Origin: Setoptus koraiensis
Lineage: Eukaryota > Animalia > Arthropoda
DNA length: 64,000 nt
Direction: 5' to 3'
Assembly: GCA_048013815.1 (NCBI GenBank)
Contig: CM106585.1
Coordinates: 19,716,001 to 19,780,000, forward strand
Shown: positions 46,286 through 58,709 of the stretch, in pieces
Layout of the letters: each line of letters starts with the position of its first letter
How positions within the stretch are numbered: position 1 is the stretch's first letter
The notes under the pieces: model-generated
Told to the model about the DNA's origin: nothing
What the model saw: only the letters and a program-made list of their open reading frames with translations
Database searches by the model: none
Program-made: the position numbers and the translations under genes

Positions 46286-48883
46286 GAATGAGTGAGTCGG
46301 CGGTCGAAAGGGGGGAACTGCATAGGGTGAAGGTTGGATGGGGTTTGTCAAACGAGTTGGATTAAATTGTGGCAAGCTAGAGAAAGCTCTATTGTAGAGA
46401 ATGCTCGAGTCTACCGCGGCAGCTGTAGCGGCAGCTTTGTAACGTGCGAGTTCCAATGCGTATGGATCCAGCATGGATGAAGAACCAAAGGGATATCCAC
46501 CAAGGTGACTCGTGGCCTCTCTCGGGCCCAAGTTGGGGGGATACAAGTTATGATGCTGATTATAAGGTGACGGTAATGGTTGTGCTATCGGGTGCATCCC
46601 CATATCGACGCTCATGTTAGAAATTGCATCAAATCTACTCGTGGCAGTTTGAGAGACCATGGAACCACCATGGAAGCCCATAGCTCCAGTAGGCGGAGCT
46701 GGGATGATACTTGTCGTAGAATGTCTGCTGATAGTATCCCTGTGTATTTGATCGGATCAGAATGAACAAATTTATCGATGGTATATCAGTGTTAGTAGTA
46801 GGTGGGCTAACGAGTCAAGTATGAAGACACTGTCACCATGTACTTACGTTATACAGATAGATGGTTGGCCGTTGAATGCAGGGCTTATCAAAGAACTGTG
46901 GTGCTGTTGATATGCACCTGGATGTATGCTTGCAGTAGTAGCGTATGATGGTAGATTCGCCGCAAATTTTTCCATCTGGTTAGCTAAAAATCTCTCACCC
47001 AATTCTCTCTTTACATCGGAATGAGACGCCAAAGATGGATTGGGTTCAACTCGAGTACTTGGTATATAATCGGACAGTATTGGTGAATGATAACTAGGGC
47101 CGTTCGAAAAAGTTGGTATTGATGGATATCCGTTAAGTTGAGGTGACTGATGAATGTTGCCGCTTGTGATCGGTCGGGCAGGCTCATTTCTAATAGGTGA
47201 TATTTGATGTATCGGATTGCTTTTTTGCTTGTTTCTACTACTAATATTAGGTGAGAAATGTGAAATCGAACTAGGAACGGTCAAATGAGGAGTATTGGTG
47301 GATGTCTGCGGAGTATTCCACGATTTGCATGGAACCGGTCCAAACGATTGTAGAGGTGCTATTGGCGGTCTTGTATGTTGCATACTAGAATTATTGTGGT
47401 TATAACTACGACCATCTTGCATAGGTATATGACTATCTTTTCTAGACCGTAGTTCTTCAAGTCTGAAGAACTCTTGATGAGTTTTATTCGATGTAGATGT
47501 TGATGTTGTATGTGCAGTTGATGAATGTCCAGAGAAGGAAGGGGGTAATATTGGATACTGTTGTGGGTTGAAACTGTTTCCTATGTTGGTCACCGGAATA
47601 TGTCTTCTTGCAACAGTTTCATCTTCTCTGTAACTGTTATTATGAGATTGCATAGGTATAGATTGCATTTTTGTTGTCATGGCTTTGCTTGTCATGGATT
47701 GCGAGGCAGTCAAAGTGGCAGTATTCGTAGGAATTCTTGAGACAGTAGAACCTGTTGGAGTACCAGTAGCCCTGCCAGTAACTTTGGTAGTTTTCATCAC
47801 GGTGCTAGATTCGTTCGTTATAGTAACCATGTTCGAATTGACCGGAGATTGGGCCCTAGAACCGACAGAACAACAAGGTCGAGTAGAAGTCCTAGAAGAA
47901 ATTACAGGTGATGGATGTTGGGGTAGATTTGTTTCGTTTAGTACTATTGGAGGTGAGGGGAGGGGCGGGCTGTGATTCTTAGAAGAGGATATATTAGAAT
48001 CTATAACTGTTGCAGCATTCGTAGTGGTAGTGGCCGTTGTTGCAGATGTCGAAGTTGTCGTAGTTGTTGAAGTGCATTTTGGTTCAGATGACGAATGTTG
48101 CGAAGGAGTTTCCGAAAGTGGTTGGTTCAAGATCGAGATTGAACTTCGACTCGTCGAAGAAGTGTGATTCGACACTTTGCAGGACTTTGTTGTAGTTGAA
48201 GTCTTAATAGTTACAACAGTAGATGATGATATTGAACCGGTGGATATAGTACTAGAGACTTGAAGCTCGTGGTCGTCGCTTTTAGATTCCCCATCATTTA
48301 TTTCTTCGTTGGTGCAAGAGTCATTAGATGCTGTTTCACTTCTAGAAGACGATGTAGAAGGTTCTTTCTTAGGTTTCTTTCGCTTTGGTTGATGATCACT
48401 ACAACATTCATCCTTGATTGTTTTTGACTTGTTATGCTTGTGCTCACGTTTAAGTTTCGATTTTTCTTTCGATGATGATTTGTTCAAAGTTTTGGTTTTT
48501 CTGAGAATCTCGTTCGAGTCCTTTGTCGACGACTTATGCTTTTCTTTGAGATCAACATCCTTGTCAGGTTTCTTCTTACTAGAAGAACATGGAGGTGAGA
48601 GCAACTTCTTTTTCGACTTTGCCTTTTGGAGGGCATCATCAGAGGTTGTTTTATGCTTATCTTTGAGATCGACATCTTTATCGGATTCCTTCCCGCTGGA
48701 AGAACAAGGAGGATAGGGCAGCTTCTTTTTCGATTTTATTTTGTGAGGTATAGCTTCTTCAATATCCTCTTCCGATGGTAGAGATGATATTGAGGCTGCT
48801 TGTAAGTCGTCCCATGTTTTGAATGCGCATATGGCGAAATCGTCTATTATTTTCTCCTCGAAGTTCTTTTGCTTCCTGACCAT
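46274..48883 (-). CDS. AUTS2/FBRSL1/tay-like protein: large exon ending at 46848 spliced to 46274..46739; 5' exons unresolved
   Basis: FEEKIIDDFAICAFKTWDDL resembles the AUTS2/tay EEDIIDGFAI motif, and VKRELGERFLANQ resembles RQELNTRFLASQ. A GTAAGT...ACACAG intron (46740-46847) keeps the frame. Confidence 0.75.
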
Positions 48884-50385
48884 TTTTAAATCATTGAAAA
48901 AAATAATAATAATAGATAGAGAGATTTTAAATGCTGATGTGCAGTTGATCCATCTTTAAATTTCCTTGGTGTAATGTGACAAGTAGCTTTGGTTGTGGTC
49001 TTTAATTGACATCTGATGTGATGAATTTCTCTAATAAATGGAAATTTCGCGAACAATTCTAGTTTTAATCCTTGAATACTACAATTATAGGGTATAGATT
49101 GCGACAAAACCAGACAATATCTTCTTAGTTAATGGGAACAAGAAAGGTTTTGTCAATTGAGGCCTGGTCATGCTAATAACAATGAATCTATATTGATGAG
49201 TGCAGTGGACCTGACTTACCCGGAGGATAGTAAGAACAACGTAAAGAGATATGTCGACTAGCGCAACCAATGCAACAATAACTTGTGTCACAATTCCCGG
49301 ATAATGGTCAAAATAAATTGAGAGATTAGATTATATCCATGGAGTTTAATAATAATAATTATGCAAGTGATGATGATGCTTGCAATACTGTGAATTCTAT
49401 TACGGTAAGTGTGTGTGTCTGTGTGTGTGTGTGTTCTTGCGTTGTTGTTGGTCAGTCGGGCTTTTTTTCGTTTGTGTGTGCTTTTGTATTACATCGAATC
49501 GAGAATGTGGATGCGTGTGTTATACATTTTCGCCCTCGCCAAAGGCACGATCTCGTGTGTGTATGTGTGTGTGTGTGTGCGATGTGTGTGTATTTGTAAC
49601 CACCAAGTGTATGTGTGCAGGGCTGGTGCTGCTGTTGCGAATTGTGTGTGCCTTCGCCAAGCCATCGAAGAAAAAGGTCTCACCCGATGTGGAGATGCAT
49701 GGGCTTCTTCGGCGACTCAGATGGTGATCATCAGAGTGATTGCATACAGTACAAACGGTACAAACGCATTCATATGAGCGCATATACGCATGTTGGACAG
49801 ACGCAGACAATTCTTCTCAAGCTGGACACTCGAACACAAGAGCGCTTTAAAGCCTAGGGCATTTCTATATAGGCTAAGAATGAAAAAAACAAGGTGCAGA
49901 GAAAAGAGAGGAACGGTCCACTCTTCGTGCGGTCATTGCATATAGTTTTATCTGAATGAATCGCACACACACACACACAAACAGCACAAGCGATTGGGTG
50001 ATTCGATCATCTTGGTAGGTTTCTGCTGCTTGTGTTGTATCCTGCCTTTCTCAATGCATTTTTCAACTGACTGCTCTGATGCACATTGTACTAGTGGTGC
50101 ACCATCCTGCACATATGAAGCATATGCATTCGCTGACGCCGGCCACGGATGCAAACACACTGTGCGGTAGTCCAAAATGTACTAGCGTCTCATTATAGGG
50201 TAGCTAATAATGATCAATTGTCGATAATTTCCACTTTTGTTCTACATTGTTTGTAGAATTTTACCGTATTGTTGTTTCTAGTTATCCCGTCGAGAGAATA
50301 TCACTGAACGATTGAGCCGGGATATCTCTCTATTGAATATAACCAACAAAATCAACCACACAACTCGTCAACAAGTGCCAACCCC

Positions 50386-52060
50386 ATGGATGTCAAGCCT
50401 AAAATAAATCCTCATTGTCCCAGGAGCATTGCAATCCTGGCACATATCAGCATATATATACTCATTTTCTTTGGATACATTCGAGATTTTCTGCGATATT
50501 TAGGTCTTGATGACACTGCATTTAAAGAAAAAAATAGGGAGGTAATGTAACGAGAATAGAAAGAAAACAGCTGGAATCGATTTACAGGTCCTAGTGCCTA
50601 GAGCATATCGTAGCTAATGTTTGCTCTCGTCTTTTAACACTGTTATAGGGATATCCTTCACTATATAGAAGCTTCGAAAGTTTTTACATAAGAAATATTT
50701 ACATGCGCATACGTGATGGCTGGAACAATCCTATCCGCTCATTGCCCGGACCCATGATTGAAATTATTGACAGAACAACCGCTAATAGAATCACATATGA
50801 GATGCCTGGAACGATTACAAAAGCCATCAACATGGGCTCATACAACTATTTGGGCTTCGCTGAAAACTCGGGCCCACGTGTTAAATTAGTAGCGAATGAA
50901 ATTAGTCGATATGGTTGTAGCACTTTAAGCTGTCGTTCTGAACTAGGTTAGTGTTAGTTTTAATTACCTTATTCCATGGATAGACCTGCATCCTAGCTGA
51001 CTCCAGGTGTTCAATTATTATGATTCTAAATCTCCCGTCTCACTGTTCAGGAACTACCGAAACTTTAATTGAGCTGGAAGAAAAAGTGTCTAAATTCCTT
51101 GGTGCCGAAGCGGCCATTGTTACGGGCATGGGATTTGCAACCAACTCTAATAATTTACCTGCCATAGCCGGAGGAGAAGGGACTTTGATATTAAGTGATG
51201 AATATAACCACACATCTATCATTTTGGGTTGTAAGCTATCCGGTGCCAAAGTTAGAGTATTTAAACATAATGACACGGTCAGCTTGGAAAAAAAAGTCCG
51301 TGAGGCCATTTTAGAGGGACAACCTAGCAATGATGCCAATAGATCTTACATTCCATGGTCCAAAATCATTATTGTTGTGGAAGGAATATTTAGTATGGAG
51401 GGTACAATAGTTAACTTGCCTGAAGTAATTAGGATTAAAAAACTTTATAAAACATACCTTTATCTGGACGAAGCACACAGCGTGGGTGCGCTCGGGAAAG
51501 GAGTGGTCTTCTACCATGATTGCGATCCTCGTGATGTCGATATCATGATGGGAACATTCACTAAAAGCTTTGGTGCTGCGGGCGGCTACATAGCCGGTAG
51601 TCGTGATATGATTAACTACCTAAAAGTCAAATCCCACTCATCGTGTTACGCGACATCAATGGCTCCTGCGATAGCAAGACAAATTATATCTGTTATTGAT
51701 TGCCTTTCAACGAGTGAAGGTTTGAAGCGACTGACAACGTTGAGAGAGAACACACAATACTTTCGCTCTAACCTGAAAAGCAAAGGCTTCATAGTTTACG
51801 GTGATGAAAACTCACCAGTAGTACCATTGATTGTCTACAACAACTCCATGGTTGTGGAGTGTATTAGGGCCGCACTAAAGCGCAAAGTCGCAATCGTCGG
51901 AGCAGGTTTCCCTGCGACATCTTTGCTTGAGGCACGCATAAGGTTTTGTTTATCAGCCTCTCATACAAAAGAAATGTTAGATGAAGTTCTTAGTGTTATA
52001 GATGAAATCGGAGAAACCTTGCACTTAAAATTTGCACGTGATTACAATTTGGTTGTTTGA
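50386..52060 (+). CDS. SPTLC2: Serine palmitoyltransferase subunit 2 (LCB2/lace): join(50386..50541, 50649..50946, 51051..52060)
   Basis: NMGSYNYLGF, GMGFATNS, VEGIFSMEG, YLDEAHSVGA, the PLP-lysine motif MGTFTKSFG and RIRFCLSASH. In-frame GT-AG introns. Confidence 0.95.
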
Positions 52061-52214
52061 GTAAATTACATGTGCGGCGATTTTATTGTTCAAATCCAGC
52101 GCCAATTCGAATCAAGTTCTCATCATTCATGAGTGAATATTGATTAAATAAATAATAAAATGGTTATACCCACCAAACCAATGATTAACCAATCCAACTT
52201 ACAAAATCTAGATT

Positions 52215-53207
52215 ATGATGAACTATTTTCCTGGACTTGACGGTTGCCGCAATGTCGATCAATTCAAGATCATCAAAAAAATCCAAGAGGGAACATATGG
52301 AGTTGTGTTTAGTGCCAAAGATATCGACACAGGTGAGACTGTTGCCTTAAAAAAGCTCAAATTGGAGCGAGAAACAGAAGGATTCCCCATTACAAGTTTA
52401 AGAGAGGTGAATACTTTACTCAAATCTCAGCATCCCAATATTGTGAATATCAAAGAGATAGTATTCGGAAACAATCTGAACAAAATCTTCCTCGTTATGG
52501 AATTCATGGAGCACGATCTCAAATCTCTCATGGAAACAATGCAGAGGCCGTTCAAATTTGATGAAGTAAAAACACTAATGTTACAGTTATTGAGGGCTTG
52601 CGCTCACCTGCATGACAATTGGATTTTACATCGCGATCTGAAAACGTCTAATCTGTTAATTAATCATCAAGGTATACTGAAAGTGGCGGATTTTGGTCTT
52701 GCCAGAGAGTATGGTTCACCATTGAAACAGTATACCAAAGTAGTCGTTACTTTATGGTATAGAGCTCCTGAGTTGTTACTGTTATCAGGGAAATACTCTA
52801 CAGCAATCGATATCTGGTCAGTAGGATGTATATTTGGCGAACTTCTAACGATGAAACCGTTATTTCCGGGCACATCTGAATTGCATCAGATAGAGCTGAT
52901 TTTCAAAACTCTTGGAACACCCAACGAGAAAATATGGGAAAATTATGAAAAGAAGGGACGGAAAATTAAGCTGCCTGATTATAAGTTCAATAGATTGCGT
53001 GAGAAGATGAGTTCTGACAAGCTGAAACTTCTTGGCGACACCGCAAGCAAGCACTTACTAGATTTGTGGTACGGATTGTTGACCTATGACCCCGACAAAA
53101 GAATAACCGCAGAGGATGCTCTTGAAAGTAAATTCTTCACTGACGAACCCCTACCGATACAGCCATCATTGTTTCCAACGTGGCCTGCAAAATCTGAAAC
53201 AACCTAA
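52215..53207 (+). CDS. CDK11: CDK11 (PITSLRE) kinase, kinase domain only, 330 aa
   Basis: EGTYGVV, FPITSLRE, HRDLKTSNLL, DFGLAREYGSP and FPTWPAKSE. Confidence 0.92.
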   Translation: MMNYFPGLDGCRNVDQFKIIKKIQEGTYGVVFSAKDIDTGETVALKKLKLERETEGFPITSLREVNTLLKSQHPNIVNIKEIVFGNNLNKIFLVMEFMEHDLKSLMETMQRPFKFDEVKTLMLQLLRACAHLHDNWILHRDLKTSNLLINHQGILKVADFGLAREYGSPLKQYTKVVVTLWYRAPELLLLSGKYSTAIDIWSVGCIFGELLTMKPLFPGTSELHQIELIFKTLGTPNEKIWENYEKKGRKIKLPDYKFNRLREKMSSDKLKLLGDTASKHLLDLWYGLLTYDPDKRITAEDALESKFFTDEPLPIQPSLFPTWPAKSETT

Positions 53208-53219
53208 AGCAAATCTTAT

Positions 53220-53735
53220 TTATTTATTTAATAGCTCTACTGATGGTGGCTTGTATTTGTTGTTTAAACGGCGATAGAGAAAATTAATTCTTTGCTGCAT
53301 TAAATTCCACTTATGAGGTTTAGTCCATCTCCAATGATCGAAAACTTTTCTCTTTTTCATTAATACAGAATACTCAGTTCCTTTTTGTCCCCTCATCCAT
53401 TCGGGGACATTTGTAAGCAAATCACCCGGCTTAATCGTTTCATCACCCAGTATATGAATGAAGTCGTTCTGACCCATAAGCGCGTCACGCTTATTCCAGC
53501 CATCGTCCGCAATTGTTGTGGGCATGGTCATTAATTTGGCCTCCTTCACTTTTAATCGAGGCAGCGTTCCTTTGGCGTGAAAGTGGGGTTCATAGCCGAA
53601 TCGTTTTAATTTTTGTCCATGATACTTGGGATCGGCATGAGGTTGATCCTTTAGCGAATGGGTCCAACGAGCCGCAGGGCGAATTATATAGCGACAAGCA
53701 TCTGAGAAAATGCCCGCTCTTAAATTGAGGGCCAT
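53220..53735 (-). CDS. MRPL51: Mitochondrial ribosomal protein mL51
   Basis: W.KRDALMGQNDFIHILG, PEWMRG.KGTE and RINFLYRRLN match the mL51 pattern. The N-terminus is presequence-like. Confidence 0.85.
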   Translation of the reverse strand: MALNLRAGIFSDACRYIIRPAARWTHSLKDQPHADPKYHGQKLKRFGYEPHFHAKGTLPRLKVKEAKLMTMPTTIADDGWNKRDALMGQNDFIHILGDETIKPGDLLTNVPEWMRGQKGTEYSVLMKKRKVFDHWRWTKPHKWNLMQQRINFLYRRLNNKYKPPSVELLNK

Positions 53736-56502
53736 TACTGAGGTTTTTAACGGGCGTTTGCAACAACTGGCAGAAAATCTGGCAAGACGGATTGTGCCTA
53801 TTTATTGCGTGCTGATGATGTTGATAATACATAGATTTTCATTATTTATTTATGTTTTGACTAGGCTTGAAGCGAACCACGCAGTGGAAGGCTGCGCTCA
53901 TTTGTGCGCTCTATACCATGCGTTTTGCCTGTGTCGGGCCATGGTCTAGCAGAGAATGGGCGTGCGTGATTCATGTCATGAACTTCACGAACGCAGGATT
54001 GGCGTTTGCAGGCAACATGTGACACTGGCGTCAATTTACAACCAGGAGTTACCAACCAATAAATATTGACAATGTATAAAAGATTTCAACGGGCTGAGGT
54101 TATATTATTCCAATCGATTCTACTTAGCCACGAAAAATCACCTTCGAATATCGGTAGCAAGAACGAGGGACAACTGTACCGAAAACCAGGATCGATAATA
54201 GAGCACAGGGAATCCCTGTCAGGGATCAGAATCTTAAAGTTATCGATCTATAACGCGTTCTCGACACGTCTCCAGAAGAAGTTGAGTTCGATACCTCTGG
54301 CAGTAAAATAGTAGTCAGTGATATTTGGCTGATAACTGATAAATTGGATAGCCTTGGCATAAGCGCCATCATAGAGAAACCTAATTTATATCATCATGAC
54401 GAAGATGGTGCCAAACCAAAGCATTCAAGAGACCACGATTGACCGAAACGAGTTGGTACTCAAAAGCCAGCAGGTGCATATATGGAAATCGGAATTCCAA
54501 CCAGTGAGAAAACGGCCTATCGAATAGAGATGGAGAAAGAGATGACGAATCAACCAAGAAATGAGTGATCCATTCCTGATGTGATTGGCCAGGTTTTTAG
54601 TGAGGCCAACAGAGTTCCTAAAGGAAGGAGAAGATCCAACGTGCTGAGATCAGCACGTTAGATATAAAGGGTCCTGTCCGTTGAGAGCTGAAGGTAGCTA
54701 ATCCCACATCCCAGGACGACGTTGATAGATCAATTCGACAGTTAGCCTCGCTATATCACGCATGATGTGCGATACTAAACGGCGAATGTGTCTATACGGA
54801 ATTGTTGTTCTGTTAATCAATTGAATGTAGTTGAAATATTGGCGCCATTGTGGTTCTGTTACAAAGGGTAACATGAACCGTTCGAAAATTGTCTAAACTT
54901 GCAAGGGTTTATCATGGGTAAGGCGGGTATGCGGATTCCGAGTGGGTGTGCACGATGATGCAGCGGTTGTGGTTGATGTCGGGCGATGTCTAGACAGCGA
55001 ACGCGAGAGTTGTTTATAGGAATAATTAGGCAAATAGTAGGTTGTGTCTTGTCTCAAGGCTAGTGTAAGAGTGATCTCTGTCGGTCTGTGTTGCATAATA
55101 GTGTGTAACAGGAAGTGTGCTATGATGATTTATGTCGTGTTTGTGTAGTGGAGGGAGGTGCATGTCGGTGGGATAGTGCAGGTGCATGGATAGTGGCGGT
55201 TCAGAGCCGGTCGTCACGATGAGCAGGATGCCACGACACCTGTTGGAGCAGGTTGCAAGCTGCTTTTTCGCTAGTCCGCCAGAGCTGCGCACTCACAAGT
55301 TGTCAGTGTCTCATTTATGCAGTGTACTGTACAGTAAGCGATTGGCGGCTAATGTTGCATAGTGCTTGTCTGCAGATTCGCGCCCCTGATATTATACGAA
55401 CAGCGGATGCGCCACCTCGCGTCGAAAAGTGCGTACCCCGAATCATTCGGGCCGAATGTGCTAAAATGTATGCTAAATAGAATCAAAATAAATAAACATT
55501 TATGGTAACACTTGATGACTGTACATGTGCATCGCAAGAAGCCCGCTGTGCCCCTGGCGGAGAAAAAGCTAAGCAGCAGCAGAGAAGCCATTGGCAAAAG
55601 CTCACGCACACACTGTGCACAGTGCATGCGAGTTTCATTAGCAAAGTAAGTTGCAGTTGGCCACCCATAACACTGTTAACAGAGCGGTGGTGATGGTGCT
55701 GCTGCTGGCGTTGCTGCTCGGCGCGACATAAGCTAGCCATACCATCAACACAGACAGAGTAAACAGGGCACCAGGCAAGCGTCTTGTGTCTCACAAACGC
55801 ACAGCCAGCCTTGTATTGTTGTTGTCGTTGTCGCCGTCGAACTAGGAACACTACTCACACAGTTATCGTCGTCTGTCTATATTAATATCACTGCTTTTGT
55901 GTGTTCAATTTAGCCAAGCTCGCTCGGCAGCCAAAACGCAGAATTGTAGCGTCCATAAATATAGCAAATTGGCTAACGTTAACCTATTACCACTACGCCA
56001 GCACTATTATCACTACGCTGTTATTATTATTACTATTATTATAATTCACATAATTGGACGAAAATAAGAATATCGTCGCCATTATAAGCCCTTTGTCGAA
56101 TTGCTATCCACCATTCGAACCCAATAATTTGCCACACAACAACAACAATAATAATAGTAATAACAAAAAACAACAATATTATACGACACGCAATGAACAA
56201 TTTGGGGTCCGTTTCCAGGCTCGCCGTTTCATAAGCTTTGCCGTGAGAGATGGTTTATCACTGATTACTATTGATTATTAATATTATTTATTATTATTAA
56301 TTGTTACAATGTCTGTATTGTTATCGTTCTTGTCTCTATTACTATTATTAGCATTATTAGCATTGGACAGTCCGTGACGGTGCACAATTGGCATTGGTCG
56401 CAGCATCAACGGTAACATAAGCATCAATAATCAATCAACATCGAACTAAGCTAATTACACAACCGAACCAAACTGAATCCAATCGAAATCTGGCCCGGCA
56501 AA

Positions 56503-58200
56503 ATGTCTTACAAACACTATTATAAGAACCACAAGAGACTGTTGGCCAACACAAGCAACCAGCTACCGGGCGCCACAATCAACCAAATCACTACAACACA
56601 TAAAACAACTCACCACAGACACAACCAACAGGAATTTCTTAATCTTACCGAGACCATTTTGGAGGGCCAATACATCTCTTGTTACCTCATCAATAGTGAG
56701 CCACGCTTGTGTTTGTCTCAGCTACTATCGAAAGTTCTCATCAATTTCCCCATTGAACAAATCAGGGACAAATTTTGCGAATTAGGCATTTATTGTAGGC
56801 CCTGCACACCGGCACAGTTACAATTGCTCAAAAGTCACTGCATCCTACCCAAATGGGTCAATTTGTGCGGACTTATTACAAAATCGGACGCCGAAAGACT
56901 CTGCTTGGATTTGTTCAACACTATTATACCAAAAAAGAAGCTCGACATTGAGTCACTGATGCCACATCAACAACAACAAAACAGTAGCTTACCCATTATT
57001 CATAACTACTTTGCTGGCAACGAAAGAAATCACGATGCCTACATTGGCATGCTACTATCGCAAAGGCCAATGACAGGACAATCATTTCGGGACAATCTGA
57101 TGCATACGCCAAGGCAAAAAATAGAACAAGACCAACAAGACAGTCCTATAAACTATACCTCAAAACGTAAATCAGCAGACCATGATGAGAGCGAAAGTAT
57201 TACCAAACCAACTACAAATTGCACATATCAAGTCTGTCGCAGCAGTGACAAGGCTTCAACGCCAATCAAATTAGACTATTTGTTTGGTCCAAATTTCCTG
57301 CAGACCTATAGCGGCAATATTAAAAATTTTTTAATCGAAATCGACAGACATCGAGAATTGGTCAGTATGGCCAGTAACACTTCTACGTTAATGTTATCTA
57401 TAAGAGTTTATCATCGTTGCATTGGAAAATGTACTGGTCTCTACTATCCGGCGTTCTATCATCATCCGAATTCGCAATGTATAGAGTGCACCAATTGTCA
57501 TTATCTATTCTCACCCATGAGATTCATTGGGCATACTCATGGAAGTAAGGAATCAAGAGTATGCCATTGGGGTTTGGATAGCTCCAAATGGAAACATTAC
57601 ATTCGTTTATCGAAAACTCAACCAACAAACAATCTGGAAGAACAAGAGTTAGTCAATATTTTCTATGACATGCAAAACAGATTTGAATACACACAGAGTT
57701 ATACGCAGAGAATGTACACAGAGTTCTATAATAGATATAAGAAGAGTGCTGATAAATACTCCCATACGGACTCTCACAATGCTACTCACTCAAAAGGATA
57801 TCGCGAATATGACCAAATCAGAAAATGCAAGCAAACAACGGCAACATGTAACTCAGCTAATTCTAATGCTCGATATGCAGAAAATTCATGCGGCAATAAA
57901 CGGGTAAAACTCTTGGACCACACAAATTCTACAAATCGATCATCAAGAATGGATTGCAATAGTTTGGTGAGCGGTCACAATTCTCTAAGTCATAATGGAA
58001 CAAATTTCGAAACCTGCCAGGATCTATCATTATTATCAGGTCTAGAAAAGATATTGACTCGGAATGGAGCCAAGTTTGATTTCAAACAAGAGATCATAGA
58101 GGAGGCGCTACTTATTGTGAGTAAAGTTAGAGCGACCACATTGCTCAATAACTTGACCACTCACTTTGGAAGTTTAAACCAACCTAACTATCAGACATGA
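56503..58200 (+). CDS. SKI: Ski/SnoN family transcriptional co-repressor
   Basis: A Dachshund-homology/Ski domain (ETILEG..ISC..INSEPRLCL...CGLITKSDAERLC) and a SAND-like Smad4-binding domain (VYHRCIGKC.G...CIEC..C...FSP.RFIGHTH...CHWG.DSSKW). Confidence 0.92.
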   Translation: MSYKHYYKNHKRLLANTSNQLPGATINQITTTHKTTHHRHNQQEFLNLTETILEGQYISCYLINSEPRLCLSQLLSKVLINFPIEQIRDKFCELGIYCRPCTPAQLQLLKSHCILPKWVNLCGLITKSDAERLCLDLFNTIIPKKKLDIESLMPHQQQQNSSLPIIHNYFAGNERNHDAYIGMLLSQRPMTGQSFRDNLMHTPRQKIEQDQQDSPINYTSKRKSADHDESESITKPTTNCTYQVCRSSDKASTPIKLDYLFGPNFLQTYSGNIKNFLIEIDRHRELVSMASNTSTLMLSIRVYHRCIGKCTGLYYPAFYHHPNSQCIECTNCHYLFSPMRFIGHTHGSKESRVCHWGLDSSKWKHYIRLSKTQPTNNLEEQELVNIFYDMQNRFEYTQSYTQRMYTEFYNRYKKSADKYSHTDSHNATHSKGYREYDQIRKCKQTTATCNSANSNARYAENSCGNKRVKLLDHTNSTNRSSRMDCNSLVSGHNSLSHNGTNFETCQDLSLLSGLEKILTRNGAKFDFKQEIIEEALLIVSKVRATTLLNNLTTHFGSLNQPNYQT

Positions 58201-58709
58201 ATGTTGGAAAACTCATTCAGTAGCTTGATAGCATGCTCAAAAACGTTACAACCCTTCTTTACAATAGATTCGTATGCTCAACCAGAATTTCACTGTTTAT
58301 GGAAAATGATTGATTTGACGTGTAATGGTTGCCACGCGACTTTATCGCAGTCTTTTAAGTAAAGATACTTAGAAGATTGATATTCAAATGATTGCATTAA
58401 GAGCTTCAATAAAACACCTCGCCATCGTATCGACTATTGGAGGTACTGTTGTATAATAGTACCTCTAATAAAGTGATGATGAATCACTCGTCCTTCATTA
58501 GAATGTTAGTTGAGCGACAGGAATAAAACCAACGTAATTATTGTTCAAAAAGCTAGTCTCTGCGTGGACTGCAGAAGAAACGGTTCCAACAGAGGAAACT
58601 CATGTCATCTAAAATTTACGAAAATGCCAGCTCACATGTATGAGTTCAAGTATGTGTTCATTCGCGAATGTTACATACGATATGTATTCTTTAATAATAT
58701 CACAAGAGT

